A DNA stretch of 64,000 bases from Octopus sinensis (taxonomy: Eukaryota), in NCBI RefSeq assembly GCF_006345805.1, contig NC_043006.1:36580001-36644000 (forward strand). Reading direction: 5' to 3'. The notes under the pieces are model-generated. The model ran no database searches, was not told where the DNA came from, and saw only the letters and a program-made list of their open reading frames with translations. Shown one piece after another: positions 26,201-40,300 of the stretch. Position numbers and translations under genes: made by a program. Numbering within the stretch: position 1 is the first letter of the stretch; each line of letters opens with the position of its first letter.

Positions 26201-28269
26201 TATGTTAAATGTTTTTAATTACATTACAGTTCAACTGGATTTTTTTTTATCTTTTGAAATATAAAAAAAATTGGTTTCTTTCAGAGTGACCGCCCATTCG
26301 AACCTCAGCAAGCTGCTTCTGTTCTGGCTCACATGATTGGACACAATTTAGGCATAAAACATGATGAAGACAGTAAGGCTTATTTTCTCCTCAATCCCAT
26401 TTCTAATATTTTGATTATTTCTGTATGAAATACAACAAAACAAACTGATCTAACTCTAATCTTATCTGTGAGATTAACATGCTAAGACAGTGACTACTTA
26501 ACATATCTATGGGCTCAAGCACTCTACTATTTCTACAGCCATTGATTGTAAAATTCATATTGTACTATTGTTTTTTTTTTTAAATCTAAGCATCTTTTCT
26601 TAAGAGTTACAATTCAGGAGCTCCATGGTTATGGAAGTTCAGAAATTGACTTCACAACTATGTGGTTCTGTGTTCAATCCCAGTTCATGCCATCTTAGTT
26701 GTGTAGTTCCTAATGCATGAGATGTAGTTGATAAATTGTGTGAAAGCTTACCAGGTGGACTTGAGGGTTGAGGGCTTAATGAATAAGGTGGCTGGCAGGT
26801 TGGCAGTTTGTGTCCTATCTGCACAATAGCATTGTCTCAGCTGCTGTAACACTTAAACTTACAAATAACTTAGTTCGTTTAGCATCAAATAAGTGCTGAG
26901 TTCAATTACCCTATAAAAAAAAACAAAAGAGCAATTGACAGCCCAAGGAAGACAATGGCAAACCATATTTGTTGGTGCCAGAAACACTTTATTGATATAG
27001 ATGTTCCAAAGGACCACCAGAAGTCAGATTTGACTTCACTAAACCATCCATTTATTCTGAGATACAATTCGGTAAGCACCAGTAGTGTGAGAAGTAAACT
27101 ACCTGAAAGTAAAACCTAACCCAGTTGATTTTGATTCCCAATAGAAACCAGTTCTCTTTACTTTACATCCATTAAAGCCTTTTCAGAAAGACATGAATAT
27201 CACACAAACCCATGTTGCTTTTCTTTATTAACCTGTAGATTGATGTTTCAGTGTTTATTTTTATCAATTTTATCTAACACTTTACTAACACTTTAGGTTT
27301 TTTCTTGTTTTTTTCCCCCACTCTTTCTCTTTATTCGGGGTTTGAAACAGATAAATGGAGAGAACTGTACCATGAAGGTAGTTATGCCTTTAACATTCTG
27401 TGAGATAATTTTGTTGTCTTGTATTGATGTTGTTACTGTCACTCTTGTTGTTTAGCTCATGATCATTCATGATCCAACAGACCATATGATGAATGATGTT
27501 CCTGCAATAACCAACCTATGTTTTTTTTCTTTTTTGTGTGTGTATGTTTGTGTTTCCTACATAATATATCAAGAACTACAATATCCATTATGCCCCTCCA
27601 TTTTTAAACAGTAAGATGGGAAATAAGGAAGGTTTGGGTTGCTGTTTCTAACAGTTGATCAGCCACATAGAGACTCTCTCTCTCATTAAATCATTGTTGA
27701 TGACTGGATCCCAAGCTATGCATCAGAACTAGGTATCAGACTAGACATTACATTTCTTTTCATCTTTAAACAATTATCTAAGTCAAACTAAAGAATCATT
27801 ACCATCAACATTATCAAGACAGTAGAGTGACAAGAATTAGTTGACTACAGATTAAAATACCTTGTGGTATTTAGATACACGCTTTTGTTTTGAATTCAAA
27901 TTTCACCAAGATCAGCTCCAAGGCCTTTTGTGCTTCTGGAATTAATAAAGTAAATTCCAGCCATTCACTGAGGCTTATCTAATTAATTAGTACACTCCTT
28001 TAATTATTCGAAATAGTATACTTGGTGAACCCCTACTTCTACCCGGACTTCTTTACTAGTATACTACTTAATTGGTGTACGTCTTCAATTAAGCATACTC
28101 CTGGATTTTTTTTATAGCTGCATGCCCTTCCTGTCACCAACCTTCACCTGTTTCTAAGTCAGGCAATATTTCATGGAAGATGGTAAACAAACACTGCTTG
28201 CATGAGAGTGATACTTATGTACAACTTTAACATGATGTCGAGACAAAAAAGACAGTAGCATGCACATTG

Positions 28270-28306
<37 letters not shown>

Positions 28307-31300
28307 TCATTATCATCATTTAACATCTATGTTCCATGCTAGCATGGGTTGGACGTGTGTGTCAGACAGGGTTCTTTCAGTTTCTATCTACCAAATCCAT
28401 TGTGGTCTGTTTGAGGTTATAGTAGAAGACACTTGGCCAAAGTACCATGCAATGGGGCTGAACCCAAAACCATGTGTTTGGATAGTAAATTTCTTGCCGC
28501 ATGGTCAAGCACTGAGTCCAATTTGACAAATAATTCTTTCCTCCAAATTTGAGGCCTTCCACCTCTGTTAGTAATCATAAATATATGGTATGACAGAAAC
28601 TATAGATTAATTGGCTTAATATTGCATGTTACATCCTTTTATATTCAGTGTTCAAATTGAACAAGGGGTGATTTTTGCCTTTGATCCATCAGGGGGTCAA
28701 TAGAATAAGTTGCAATGAAGTAGTGGGACAGATGAATTTGCCTACACCTATCTCGTTAAATAAGTGGACTTGTGACTAACTCTGAAATAATTTTAGAAAA
28801 TAACCTTCATTACTGATGTGTTTTCATTGTTATTGATATGTTGAAATTGATACATAATGAAGGGTATTTGTTCCAACTCATTATATTTTGATTTCAAATC
28901 CACCCCTCCACGGTCGATATTACTTTTCATTCTCTTAGGATCTACAAAATATATATATTACTTGAGTAATATGTTTGGTTTAATTGATATGTCTCTGAAC
29001 CCTACAATATTTTTTGGCTTTGTGCTAAACATACGTAACTTTACTCTTCTCTAAAAATTCATGACCTGATTCTTAACATCTGTTGTGTTGTGTGTCTGGA
29101 GCCTTCATGTCTAATGAAGAAGTAATTATTATTATCATTATTATAGGATGATAGTAACACAAACTGTGTTGGATGAAATTCCTTGCACTATTTAAAGACA
29201 TCCCTTTATTTTATATTATGAGTTCAAATCCCATCAAAGTTGACTTTGCTTTTCATCCTTCTGAGTTCACATAAGTACAGGCCAGTTACAGTAACTGTCC
29301 CTCTTTTAAGATTTCTGACCTTTTGCCTAGTTTAGAAATCATTATTATGTATTATGAGCTATTATTTTCAGCTGGATTTTCAGTCAAAATTCATCATTAA
29401 TAGAAGACTTAGTTACATATTTTTTGATACTTCTACATTTATGTTCGAAATGTAAACAAACCTCCTCATTTTGTAAGACTAAAGCCTCTAATTTAGAGAG
29501 ATGAAATTTATAGAATTACTTTGGTGTAATGCTCTCTTGGCTGTCTAGGTTACAGTAGATGCATGGTTCAAGTCCTGCAGGTGGTTTTCTGGATGGGTCA
29601 TTTTTTTTTTCCATCCAAGGTTTCTTTTTTAACCCTGCATATTTTTTATTTCCCAAAGCAATGGTAATCTCATTGCTTGGCTTAGTTTTCTTTCTTTCTC
29701 CTTATCTTTTCTCCCACACCTTATTTCTACCTCATTTCCTTTCTCTTATCCTCTTCTACTCTTTATCCCTTTCACTTCAATTTCACACTGTCTTTCCCTT
29801 CCTTATCATTTTGTCATTCAAATAAATTTGAAATATGCACTTAATAATGTTGATAATAGTAGTTTTCTTTTTATAGTTGTTGCTTTTGGTGTTGTTGTTT
29901 TATGATTTCCTTGTTGTTGTTGTCTGTACGTTTTATATGAACTATTTTATTGAATGATACAAAATGAAAGAACCTTTTTTTCAGGACTTGAGATGTACCA
30001 GATGCATTTGGTTAGTTAATTATGTGAGCAATGAGCAAATGAAATTCCTGAACTGACCCAATATGCTTGCTAAGAAGTAAAAGATCATTTGTTAGATCTC
30101 GGGAAGGGACATTATATCAAAAATCAAGACACACACACACTGGATCTATTCCACTCCTTTTACTATTATTACTCAATTCATTTACATTTAATTAGTTAAT
30201 TAATCATTTGTTTGATTAATCCTTCAGCCAATCAATCAATCACCTAGATTTGCCAAACCTAAAGCAGACCTGTAGTAGACAGGGCAAGCCATTGACGAGG
30301 CTACCAATGGCAAGAAAAGGACTTTGACAAGCCTAGCTGAGTGAAGGGTTTTATATATATATATATATATATTTACTCACACCCCACTCAGCAGTGGGAT
30401 GTACTCCACACCTTGAGAAACCCTAATGTAGAGGTTCCCCTATAGGCATGGTACATACATACTTGATATAAATGCTGAGTTTTTTTTAAAGATAAACTTT
30501 CCATCAAACTGTAATGTAGTTCACTTCTCTATTTATATGTATACTGCAATAAAACTAGATTATGTAGCATTTAATTAAAGGGCTTTATCATATCTCACAT
30601 CCTTAATTCACTTGTATTATCTTCTTTTTCAACATTTTACTGATTTCACTTTCCCTTTTGTCTTTAGGTGGCTGTTCTTGTAAAGATCAGTTTGGATGTT
30701 TGATGTCCACAACAGTTCTGTACGTATCAATTACTTCACAGAATTCTTCCACAACTTAAACCTGTTACAACCTTTAATTTAAATGTATGACAAATGTTGG
30801 TGTTAATAAGGGGATAATTTTTCTGATATTTTATTTCTTTTCTAATAATGAATATTTTTTCAATATTGATTCCTACACTACACTTAAATTTGTTTGATCT
30901 CTGATCATCATTACATGTCTTATTCGTGGGTGAATGCATTGTACAAGATCAATTTTGAAGGAAGAACCTTTCTAACACAGCTGGTTATTGTGTGCATCAA
31001 CTTTTCATCAGAAACATTATCAGCATCACTCCCACCAGTCTTGATTGGTCTGTGAAGGTTATGGGCAGAGCTACTTCCTCCAGACTGAACGAACCAATTT
31101 TTTAAAGAAAACAAACATCCAGGAATAAGTCACCTAGTGACAATCAGGGATCAAACTGATCAAAACATTCAGATTTGTTAGTGGAGTCTGAGCTTGGTCA
31201 GACAGCAGAAGAATAATCTTCTCCCCTGAAGATTACTTTTTATAGATATAGGACTAGCTTTAATTATCTTCTCCCTGCCTTTTTATGATTATTATAATCA

Positions 31301-34300
31301 TTATCATCAAAACGTTGTGGATTTGCAGGATCATTAGTGCACTGGGCAAAATGATATTGTTATAGGAGAATCTTGAATACCCCCATGTGACTGAAGGTGT
31401 ATTACCAATTACAATAAAGAGCTGAGTGAACTGTCAAAGGGACAGCTGACAGTGTTAGTTTGACTGTGTTGGTTTAACGGTCAGTAGTTCAACAGTAAAT
31501 ACTGAGTACCATACCTATGTTTGAGTAGTACGGAGTGCATTCTGTGTTAATATATTTCTGCAATAGGTTATTTTTAGATAACCACAACCAACTATTTATT
31601 TGTGTAATACCATTTTACACCAGACATATGTATACCCACATCATAACAGCTGTGTGATATTTCTAACGTCTCTCTTTATGGTGTGAGTTGAAACGTAGCC
31701 AAGGTCAACATTGCCTTTCATCCTACTGGAGCTGATGATATTAACATACTCCCTCCTTTTGAAATCTCTGACTTGTGCTTAAATTAGAAACCATTATTTC
31801 TGGCCCTTTATATTTTGAGTTCAAATCCCACCAAGGTCAACTTTACTTTTCATTGCTTCAGGGTTGATAAAAGAGAGCACTAATCAAGTACTGGCATTGA
31901 TGCTATCAACCAACCTCTTCTCCCTGAAAGTGCTGGCCTTGTGCATAAATTAGAAAACATTATTATTAACACCACCATCAACAGCAATGTGAAGGCAAGT
32001 GGCATAGTGGTTAGGGTGTTTCACTAACGATTGTAAGAGTGTGATTTCAGTTCCTGGACTGGGTGGTTGGTGCATTGTTCTTGAGCAAAACCCTCCATTT
32101 CTTGTTGATCCAGCCACTCAACTGTAAACGAGTTAACTCCACAATGGACCAGCATCCTGTCCAAGGAGAATATTAAGATCTCAATCTCTTGTACATCATG
32201 GGAACAGGGTAACTGGCCTTATGAGTTCAAGGACTGGAAACAGCACTTGTGTACTTACATCATTGACAACAGCAGCCTAGCACAGATTGTATATATTTTA
32301 AAAGCTTCACAGTCCTGAATGCAAAAACCTAAAGTTGATAAAATTACTGTTAGTGATGATAAATGCATTGAATGAATGAAATGAAATACAATATTATATT
32401 ATTCAGAACTCCTTCTTGAGATATCTTGTCATTTTACTTTCAGACGCTCAACTGCTCTTCACTCACGATTATTTTCTGACTGCAGTCGAAAAGATCTGGA
32501 CACAGGGCTCAGCATGGGGATGGCATCTTGTATGATTCACCCACAAAAGGTATGACCATATACATACTCATTATATATATATATATACACATACATAAAT
32601 ATTTCATAAGCACAGTTTTTTTTTACTCACTGAAATAACATGAAAACGGGGTTTATTTTTGTTAGGTACAATGATTGCAGTTTATAGTTTATAAGTCTAT
32701 GATCAAAAATGTTCCAGCTGTGACCACCCCATCTTTTATGAGCCCTAATATATTACAGAAAACATTGTGTTCTTTTTGCTGTTGTTGTAAGCTAGTAGGT
32801 TTGATTTAAGGAAGATTAGGTTACTATTTTTAGCAAAACAAACATTGATCCATTTTGTCTTAGAAGCACGATAGTTATAAGGATAAAGTAGTCATCATAT
32901 AGCATAAAGATTTCTATAATATATTTTATAATATCATAGATGCAGACATGGCTGTGTGGTTTAGAAATTCACTTAGCAACTGCTTACTTTCAAGTTCAGT
33001 CACACTCTTTATATAACCCCAGGCCAACAGGTACCTTGTTGAGTGAATTTTGTAGATGGAAACTGTATGGAAGCTCTTTTATGTGTATGAGTGTATACAT
33101 ACATGAGTGCTAGTATTGACATTCTACAGCTTTGCCTCTCATCAGCTGAGCAAAACAGTGTTATGGTGTTAAACATTTGTTGTTCACATTACAAGTTACT
33201 GTGTTCCTACAAAGGCTTATGGAAAAGAAAAAAAAATCCATCTCTTCTGTGAAAAACTAATGAGGGTTCACAATAAGAAGAGTATCCAACCACAAAATCC
33301 TTCCTCAGACAATCCCTCACTCAAAACTCTGGCCAGCATTGGAAAAGGGGACATGAAATACACTAATAAACTATGTCCACTGGCTACTGAAATACTCATG
33401 AGAGACAGGTGGAAGTAAATAGAACACAGCAAGGTTTCTTTAAGAGATGAAGCTGATCAGAGCAATAGACTATCACCGACACGGACATCTGATATGCAAC
33501 AGGTTTGCGGCTTAACTCCATTAAGCTGTTCTGTTCATTTTCTCTGACATTGTAATTGTATAATTTTAAGCTTTATAATTCCCTCGCAGTAGTTTTAAGG
33601 GAAGTAATTCTCCAAGGGAGTTTACTCTTGTTAAACTTTTTTTTTTGAGAAAGTGTGTCCATCTGTAGTTTGTTTGTTAGAAATAAATATGTCAAAATAT
33701 AGAATAAATTTTGTACGTCCCGTTGGCGTATATCTAGATTGTATATAGAGTAAGGAGTGTCTTAACCATTATTCTGGGAGGCTAGGAGTGTCTGCAAAGG
33801 TCATGGTCCCTGTCCCTGTACTGGTTACTCATACATGCATCAAATAAACATCAGCTTAGCATTAATTTTTCTACTCACACACAATATTCGACTGTACACT
33901 ACATATTCAAATATATTGCATTGTATCCAGTGTAAGTATGTAACTTGTATTTCATATTTATAACTAGCTAGTCAAATATATGTACATTATGATATCATAT
34001 AAATTACTAAAATAGTAAATAATCAACTGTAGCTAATATCGCCATTGATATCTTAGTTTGATTGCTTATTTTATCTTTTCTGTTCTTTTTTTTTTTTTTT
34101 AGAGTATATTTGTGGAGACATGTGGAAATAACCGGATAGAACGAGGTGAAGAGTGTGACTGCGGTACTCCAGAGGTATGGTTAATGTTTTCCATTTATGT
34201 TTCTATATGCGTATTATAAGTTTGTAGAAACCAGGAAATGTGGGTATATTTTCTATTTGCAACTTATAATTTTTTTCCACTGTAGGCACAAGGTCCAAAA

Positions 34301-37300
34301 TTTTTGGGGAGGGGGTCAGTCGATTAGAAACTGTGTGGAAGCTTGTATGTGTCTCTCTGTCTTTGAGTTTGTCCCTCACCACTACCACTTGACAGCTGGT
34401 GTTGGTTTGTTTGCAGCCCCATAACTTAGCAGTTCAGCAAAAGAATCTGATAGAATACATACCAGCCTTAGAAATGGATATTTGGGTCAATTTGTCTGAC
34501 TAAACCTTTCAAGGCAGTTCTCCAGAATGGCTGCTATCCAAAGACTAAAATAAGTAGCCGGTCAACTTTGCTTTTCATCCCTCCAGGGTTGATAAAAGAA
34601 AGCACTATTCAAGTACCGGGGTTCATACTATCAATCAACCTCTCCCCCTTTCTGAAATTGCTGGCCTTGTACCTAAATCAGAAACATTATTATAAACGCC
34701 ACCATCAACAGCAATGTGAAGGCAGTGTTTCACTAACGATTGTAAGGCTATTTACCATTCATGCTATTTTGATCAAGTAAGCTTTTGATTAAAGCCCTTC
34801 CAATAATGGTAATCCCATCTTTTGTATCTTATGGATTACATTGTTTTCATATGTCTTTACGTTCTGAGTTCAAATTCTACCGAGGTCGACTACCGGGGTC
34901 AATAAATTAAGTACCAGTTGCATACTGGGGTCAACCTAATCGACTGGCCCCTTCTCCAAAAATTTTGGGCCTTGTGCCTAGAGCAGAAAAGGATTACATT
35001 GTTTGATGTATCCCTTTTTTTATGGAAAATGAGTAGGAATGATGTGAGGGATAGACTGAATGAGTATAGAAGTTCACTCATTTGATGGCTCATTATACTT
35101 TGAGTACTTGAATGTATGCTGTCTTTGACATTTGTGTGTCTGTTGGCATACTACCACACTTTCATTTTATATTGGTACGGAGACTAAATATGCATATCAC
35201 AATGTTATCCCTATGAAGTTATGATTATGGTGATGTTGGCATCAGGGATGTCTAGGAATATAAAAGGTAAGTGATAATATTTAACTCATGGCTGCTTCTA
35301 CTGAACTAACCCAGCAATATTTTCTGATATTTCAGGAGTGTGCACTCACCGACCCATGCTGTGATCCATCAACCTGTTTGCTGCATACATGGGCATCATG
35401 CAACAGTGGAGAATGCTGCTCAAACTGCACTGTAAGTGTCTTCAAGTGATTCACAATGCAAAATAAGATATGAAGATGCAAAACTTCTTCAGCTGTTTCT
35501 TAGAATAAGAAGTTGTCCCTTTGACTGTTTCAATATTCACATCACCCCACTATTGTTCTGTCTTTTGTTCCTCTCTGCTCATTCACCTTCCATTGTGACA
35601 GAATCAGTAGAGCAAGTATTTTGTCCCTTTATGTTTTCAGTTCAAATCAGACTTAAGCCAGTTTTAATTTTTGATCTTTCAGAGATGATAAAATAATTAC
35701 CAGTCAAATACTAGACTCATTTTATTTCATTCTATCCTCCCATAAATCCTGTGGTGTGGTGGCCATGTTAGAAATCATTATTATTATTATTATTGTCTTT
35801 GCACAGCTCCTAATGCTGGAGATGTACTACGGTGTCAGCTGTTCACTACCAGTGAACTAAGGTAATACACCTTATTTTTTGAGCACCATCCGGATCTTTC
35901 AAGCGGTTCCAAGCAGTGCTGTTTTCTGCAAGTGTCCCACCCTTATTGCAGCCCCTATTTGTTCCATTATTATTATTATTATTATTAATTTATTTATTAA
36001 AGCTATTACATGCTCTTTTAGTTAGCAAGGTTGTATGTTATCTTGAGGTTTGGTGACAATGTGTTTCTTCAAATCTCAAGAATCTTTTTTAGCTTTGCAA
36101 TTTTTGCAGAATACAAGATAACACTTTTCTACAGGTTGACACTGCATGTTTCAATTCCAATATCCTTCAACCGCTTAAGTAACAGTTTGAGTGTTGTGCC
36201 AAGTGCACCAATTACCACTAGAACAATTGTTGTCTTAGTCTTCCACAATCTTTTCATCTCTGGTTAGGTCCTGATAATTCTCAATTTAGGCACAGGAATG
36301 GCTGTGTGGTAAGTAGCTTGCTTACAAACCACATGGTTCCGGGTTCAGTCCCACTGCATGGCACCTTGGGCAAGTGTCTGCTACTATAAGCCTTGTGAGT
36401 GGATTTGGTAGATGGAAACTGAAAGAAGCCTGTCGTATATGTTATGTATGTCTGTGTCCTCCCCCCTCCAACATCACTTGACAACCGATACTAGTGTGTC
36501 TATGTCCCCTGTAACTTAGCTGTTCTCTATAGCGAAATCCCATAAAATTCTGTAATAGTTCATCATCACAGCCTCAGTTCGTAACACTTTTCTATCACAC
36601 ACTCAGCTAAAATCCATCTGTACTCATTTATGACACAGTTATGCCTAAGTTTATACTCTCTTTGTGCTTCTTTAAGAGATGGTCAATACTTCATTGCATT
36701 TTCCACAGATTCTGTGTTTGCTCTCTGACTGAGTTTTAGCTATCTTTGCCTTTATGAAATTCATCTAATTGACTTGTTCCTGAGTAGCTTTAATTAATGA
36801 TTCAGTTTCTCATTTCTGGTTTACATTTTTCTGTCTGTTTATCAGTCTAACAACCTCTTTCTATTTATCAATATCTAGTTATGTGTATGTACTTCAATGT
36901 TTTCTGTAAGTATGTCTCCATCCATGTATGTGTACATCTGTCTATCTTCTTATCTGTCTCTCTCTTTTTCAGGTGTTGCCAAGAAACTATGTATGTCGTG
37001 CTAGCGTCACAGAATGTGATGTTCCAGAATACTGTACTGGAGAGACAGGAGTTGTAAGTCCCTATCTACAGCAATCTAAAAACAATAGACTAAGTATTTA
37101 TTTCTCTGCCAAATGTCTGAGTTCAAATTTTACTTAGGTCAAATTTACCTTTCATCATTCTGGTTTACTAATGAATCAGATGACTCTCAATGGTGAGAAG
37201 TGAATCTGAAACGTCGTAGTGGTATTTGTACTAGTATTGACCCTTTCAATGTCAGCTTACTTAAGCCCTTCATTCCCTGTGGAGTATAGGCCATCAGTGA

Positions 37301-40300
37301 CATCACTGCAGGGTTTTTGATTTTAGCCTGTACTAAGACCTCCTTTTTTTGGTAACTTCATATGTTTCCTTGAAGGAAGACCTTACTCTTGTTGGTTTTC
37401 AGTTCTTATCAAAATATAACTTTGCTTTTTTTTCTTGGTAGGTGTGTTGTCTCTATGCAAACCCATTTTTACCTCTGGTCCTTATTACTTTGGCCTCTAT
37501 CTTTTGATCTAACATGAGAGGCCTTACAAGGAGTTTTCACTCTGCTAGTATAACTCTCAAGGTAATTGAAGCACACACACTATCACACCACAACAAGCAC
37601 TGGTAACTTGTGGTGGTTTTGATATCAACTTGGCTAGCATTGGCTCTCAAAAACATTTATATAAAAACCAAAGAGAAATCGTTCTTTTCATTGTTCCTCA
37701 TCTTTATTTTCTCTTTATTCTGTAGTGTCCTGCTGACAACAGCATCCGAGATGGTGAACCATGTGCTAATAACACTGGCTACTGCTACAAAGGAAAATGT
37801 CCAACAAAGGACAAACAGTGTCAAGCTATATGGGGACAAAGTAAGTAATTTATCAACATTCATGTAGAACTTTATTTTCTACTATTTGTTTATCTTGATA
37901 TGGTGTATTTACATTTGCAACTAAATCATATCCAACTGTGGAACGGTTTATATTGCTCAGGACCAGGAGATTAACCCTTTCGTTACTGTATTTATTTTGA
38001 GATGCTCTGTGTTTCTTTCGATTACTTTAAATATAACAAAGAATTTAGTAAAATAACTTAATTATCATTCAGCTAGTGTTAGGAACATAAATTGTGACTG
38101 AGGTTTGGTGGAAGATTTTAATTCAAAACTTATGAAAACAAGACATTTGTACTTAGAGCCAGAGCCGGTTTCAGCCGGGTTGGTAACGAAAGAGTTAAGT
38201 AGCCTATAGTATTCATACATGCTGAGATCAGCACCACTTCTTCCTGTGTTTTCCTATTTCACAGCTTTTTTCCATTTGGATTTCCTGGCACTTCTTTACC
38301 TGAATATCATCATCCATATGTATGTATGCATTCACATACACACACACACCCACAAACAAACTAACAGATTCATTCATTGAATTTCATTTAAGTAACATGA
38401 GGAAAGTGCTCAATACATGTTGATCTCACCTGAATATCACAGTGGCCTGTATTCAAGTCATGAGTTAAACACTGTTTCAATAACTATATATATATATATA
38501 CACACATATATATAGTTCTTATCTATGACTCACTTCCTGCACTCGTAATGCTTCATCAGCTAAGGGGAGGTGAAGGCTTCAGTGAAGGACAAGAACTGGT
38601 CTCAGTGTAGGATTAAAGAACTGACAGAAAGGTGGCTTCAGACGGTGCTACACGATGGCCCCTACTTTGAATGCGAGGCTGCTTCTGTTGTAAATTGATG
38701 AATAAAGCAAATCAGTTAGCAAAATTTTGCAAAACATTTGTCTCAACACAATAATGATAATAATAATCCCTTCTACTAAAGGCACAAGGCCTGAAATTTG
38801 GTGGGAGAGGGCCAGTCGATTAGATCGACCCCAGTATGCAACTGGTACTTAATTTATGAACCCCAAAGGAATGAAAGGTAGAGTCAACTTCAGCAGCATT
38901 TGAACTCAGAATGTGAAGCCAAAAGAAATACTGCTAAGCATTTTGTCTGGCACAGTGACAATTCTGCCAGTTCATTGCCTTACAGCAATGATTAATATAC
39001 AGACAAATTTGTAGTTCATTACAAAACATCCATCTACATAACCAAAATCCCAGGATTTATGAATATATATCTAGGTACTGCACACAACTTGCATAGAGCA
39101 CTTTCCATACAATAAAAATGACAACACCAAAACAAACTACTGCACATACCCAAGGCCTACAGAACTGCACTTGGTAGTGCAGTGAAAGCACACAATAATA
39201 AAACTATTGGTTAATAATTATAATCTACTAGCTGGTCCCTTGCTGTCAAAAATGACAGCTAATTGTAATATTTTATATATAAATAAAGTACTAAACCAAG
39301 TTTTTAGTTTACTAATACCTTTATGTAAAAAATCTATTCGCGACTAACATCCCTTGACTGCTTGTTTCCTTCAAAAGAATTTTTAAGTTTTCCTTCCTTC
39401 TTGTATGATTTGAACCCACATAAAACTGGCCGTGACTAAATACAGGAGCTGACAAGTAAATACCAAATACACAGAATTGAAATGCCATTTGATTTTTCTT
39501 TTCAGCATTGAATGTTCACCATCCCATTTCCATTGCATACACACACACAAACATTCACATGACTCCCTTTTACATACATACACATATACTCACACAGATG
39601 TGAAATGCTATTTGATTTTTTTACACTGTAGAATTTCCATCATCCCACTACCAGTTTGCCATCACCCCTTCCTTCTTTATTCATATGTTGTGATGGAGAA
39701 AAGCACAAGAGTATTGATTATAGTAGATATTTTCTTAAAATAATAAAAATTCGTATTCTCATTAATCATTTGACATGTATTTAACCAAATTACAACAGAT
39801 GAAGAAATTCCATTCTGTTAAATGTTTCAGATGCTACTGGGGGTGATTATCGATGTTTTGACCAGTTCAATCCAACCGGCAACTTTAATGGACACTGTGG
39901 CAGAGACAGTCTCACAGGACGTTTTGCTAAGTGTGAACCAGAGTGAGCATTCATTTTTTTTTTTTTTATCTATTTTCCAATTTTTTTCTTCCTTTTTTAA
40001 AGTTGATATTTGGTACACGTGTATGTGTGTGTTGCGAGGAGGGCAGGGTACTTTTTAGCCCCAGTAATGGCAAAGAATAATTCAGTTGATAAATTTCGAC
40101 ATGTTGTTAGTTTTCTTGTAGTCTTATACATATGTGTGACTAATGTTTGTGCACTCTTCTGCAGGAATGTCCAATGTGGTTTGCTGCATTGTGCCGGAGG
40201 TTATCAACGCCCTGTACATAAACCAAAGAAAGCTTTCGCCCAGACAACTGTCGTCTCAGATAACATGCAGTTTGAATGCAAGTAAGTAACATCAATGCAT

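Noticed and set aside
26333-26335. Idea that A-to-I editing restores the catalytic Glu
   Set aside because: ATG edits to GTG (Val); a Glu codon cannot be reached.
33375-33840. CpG-retaining segment that could be a solo LTR
   Set aside because: No TSD, TG..CA ends or second copy identified; a repeat-library search is needed.
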